A DNA stretch of 64,000 nucleotides, from assembly GCA_963745025.1 (NCBI GenBank), contig CAVUWD010000019.1, positions 318,516-382,515 of the forward strand, given 5' to 3'. The DNA comes from an uncultured delta proteobacterium (GTDB lineage Bacteria; Desulfobacterota; Binatia; JACPRU01). A model generated the notes under the pieces. The model was not told where the DNA came from. It was given only the letters and a program-made list of their open reading frames with translations, and did no database searches. Position numbers and translations under genes: made by a program. This document shows, piece by piece, positions 63,540 through 64,000 of this stretch. Within the stretch, counting starts at the first letter, position 1; the number at the start of each line of letters is the position of its first letter.

Positions 63540-63744
63540 CGTCTTAGCTCGTGTTCATCCCCTCCACCCCCTGGACCGCCACGGCGCACGTCTGGCCGTG
63601 GCGGTCCTTCCTCCCTCTCTTTTTTGCCCAGGATTCCGTGCTCTAGCGAGTCGGTTCGACCGATCGTGCTGTACCGTTGTGCCCAGCCGGTGCCGTCCGC
63701 CTGACTGCGTCGTCTAGACGAAAAGTGCAGTCGCAAGCGGCGCG

Positions 63745-64000
63745 GGACGCTCACGCTCGTCAGCGCCTCCTGCAAAGCAAACGGGTGAACGAGCCAGGAG
63801 AGCGGTTCTGCGGCGAATGCGGAGGAGCTGCTCCTCGCTGAGCTCGCGAAACCTCGGCTACCACCAGATCCTCCCTCCTATACGCCGAAGCACCTCGCTG
63901 AGAAGATCCTCACGTCGCGAAGCGCGCTCGAGGGCGAGCGCAAGCAGGTGACGGTGCTGTTCGCCGACGTCAGGGGATCGACGGAGCTCGCCTCCGAGCT
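63745..64000 (+). pseudogene. Zinc ribbon + cyclase N-terminal region, frameshifted; runs off the window
   Basis: NEPGERFCGECG; SYTPKHLAEKILTSRSALEGERKQVTVLFADVRGS. Confidence 0.8.

Noticed and set aside
1-64000. Integron cassette array
   Set aside because: Scattered GTTAG/CTAAC words do not pair into attC sites, genes lie on both strands, breaks fall inside genes, and no IntI-type integrase is present
1-64000. CRISPR array, rRNA, intact tRNA, reverse transcriptase/DGR/retron
   Set aside because: No regularly spaced repeats, RNA gene or YxDD-type RT ORF seen by eye

Overview
GC-rich 64-kb bacterial window, probably from a Deltaproteobacteria/Binatia-like lineage (inferred from the expanded double-zinc-ribbon adenylate cyclases). 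It contains no rRNA, intact tRNA, CRISPR array or housekeeping operon. It reads as a patchwork plasticity zone: about 45 intact, functionally unrelated genes in 1-5 kb blocks, separated by 30 or more truncated or frameshifted gene fragments. Intact genes include sthA, a B12 acyl-CoA mutase cluster with MeaB, an aldehyde:ferredoxin oxidoreductase, a CoA transferase, a TauD dioxygenase, PTS enzyme I and an Omp85 protein. Mobile-element traces are one complete IS4 (inverted repeats, 10-bp target duplication, DUF6788-like passenger gene), IS1182 and IS1380 remnants, a RadC remnant, a tRNA 3'-end att-like remnant and four tyrosine-recombinase C-terminal remnants. The best-supported hidden feature is a UGA-readthrough C-GCAxxG-C-C selenoprotein with an fdhF-like SECIS. 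The best candidates for an undescribed system are (i) a recurring same-strand module of recombinase tail, hairpin, conserved structured leader and zinc-ribbon adenylate cyclase fragment, with patchwork exchange between copies, and (ii) a structured ~65-bp element sitting exactly at two gene breakpoints. Both are inferences, and a chimeric or error-prone assembly must be excluded first. All family assignments are from motif recognition by eye, and fragment boundaries are approximate.
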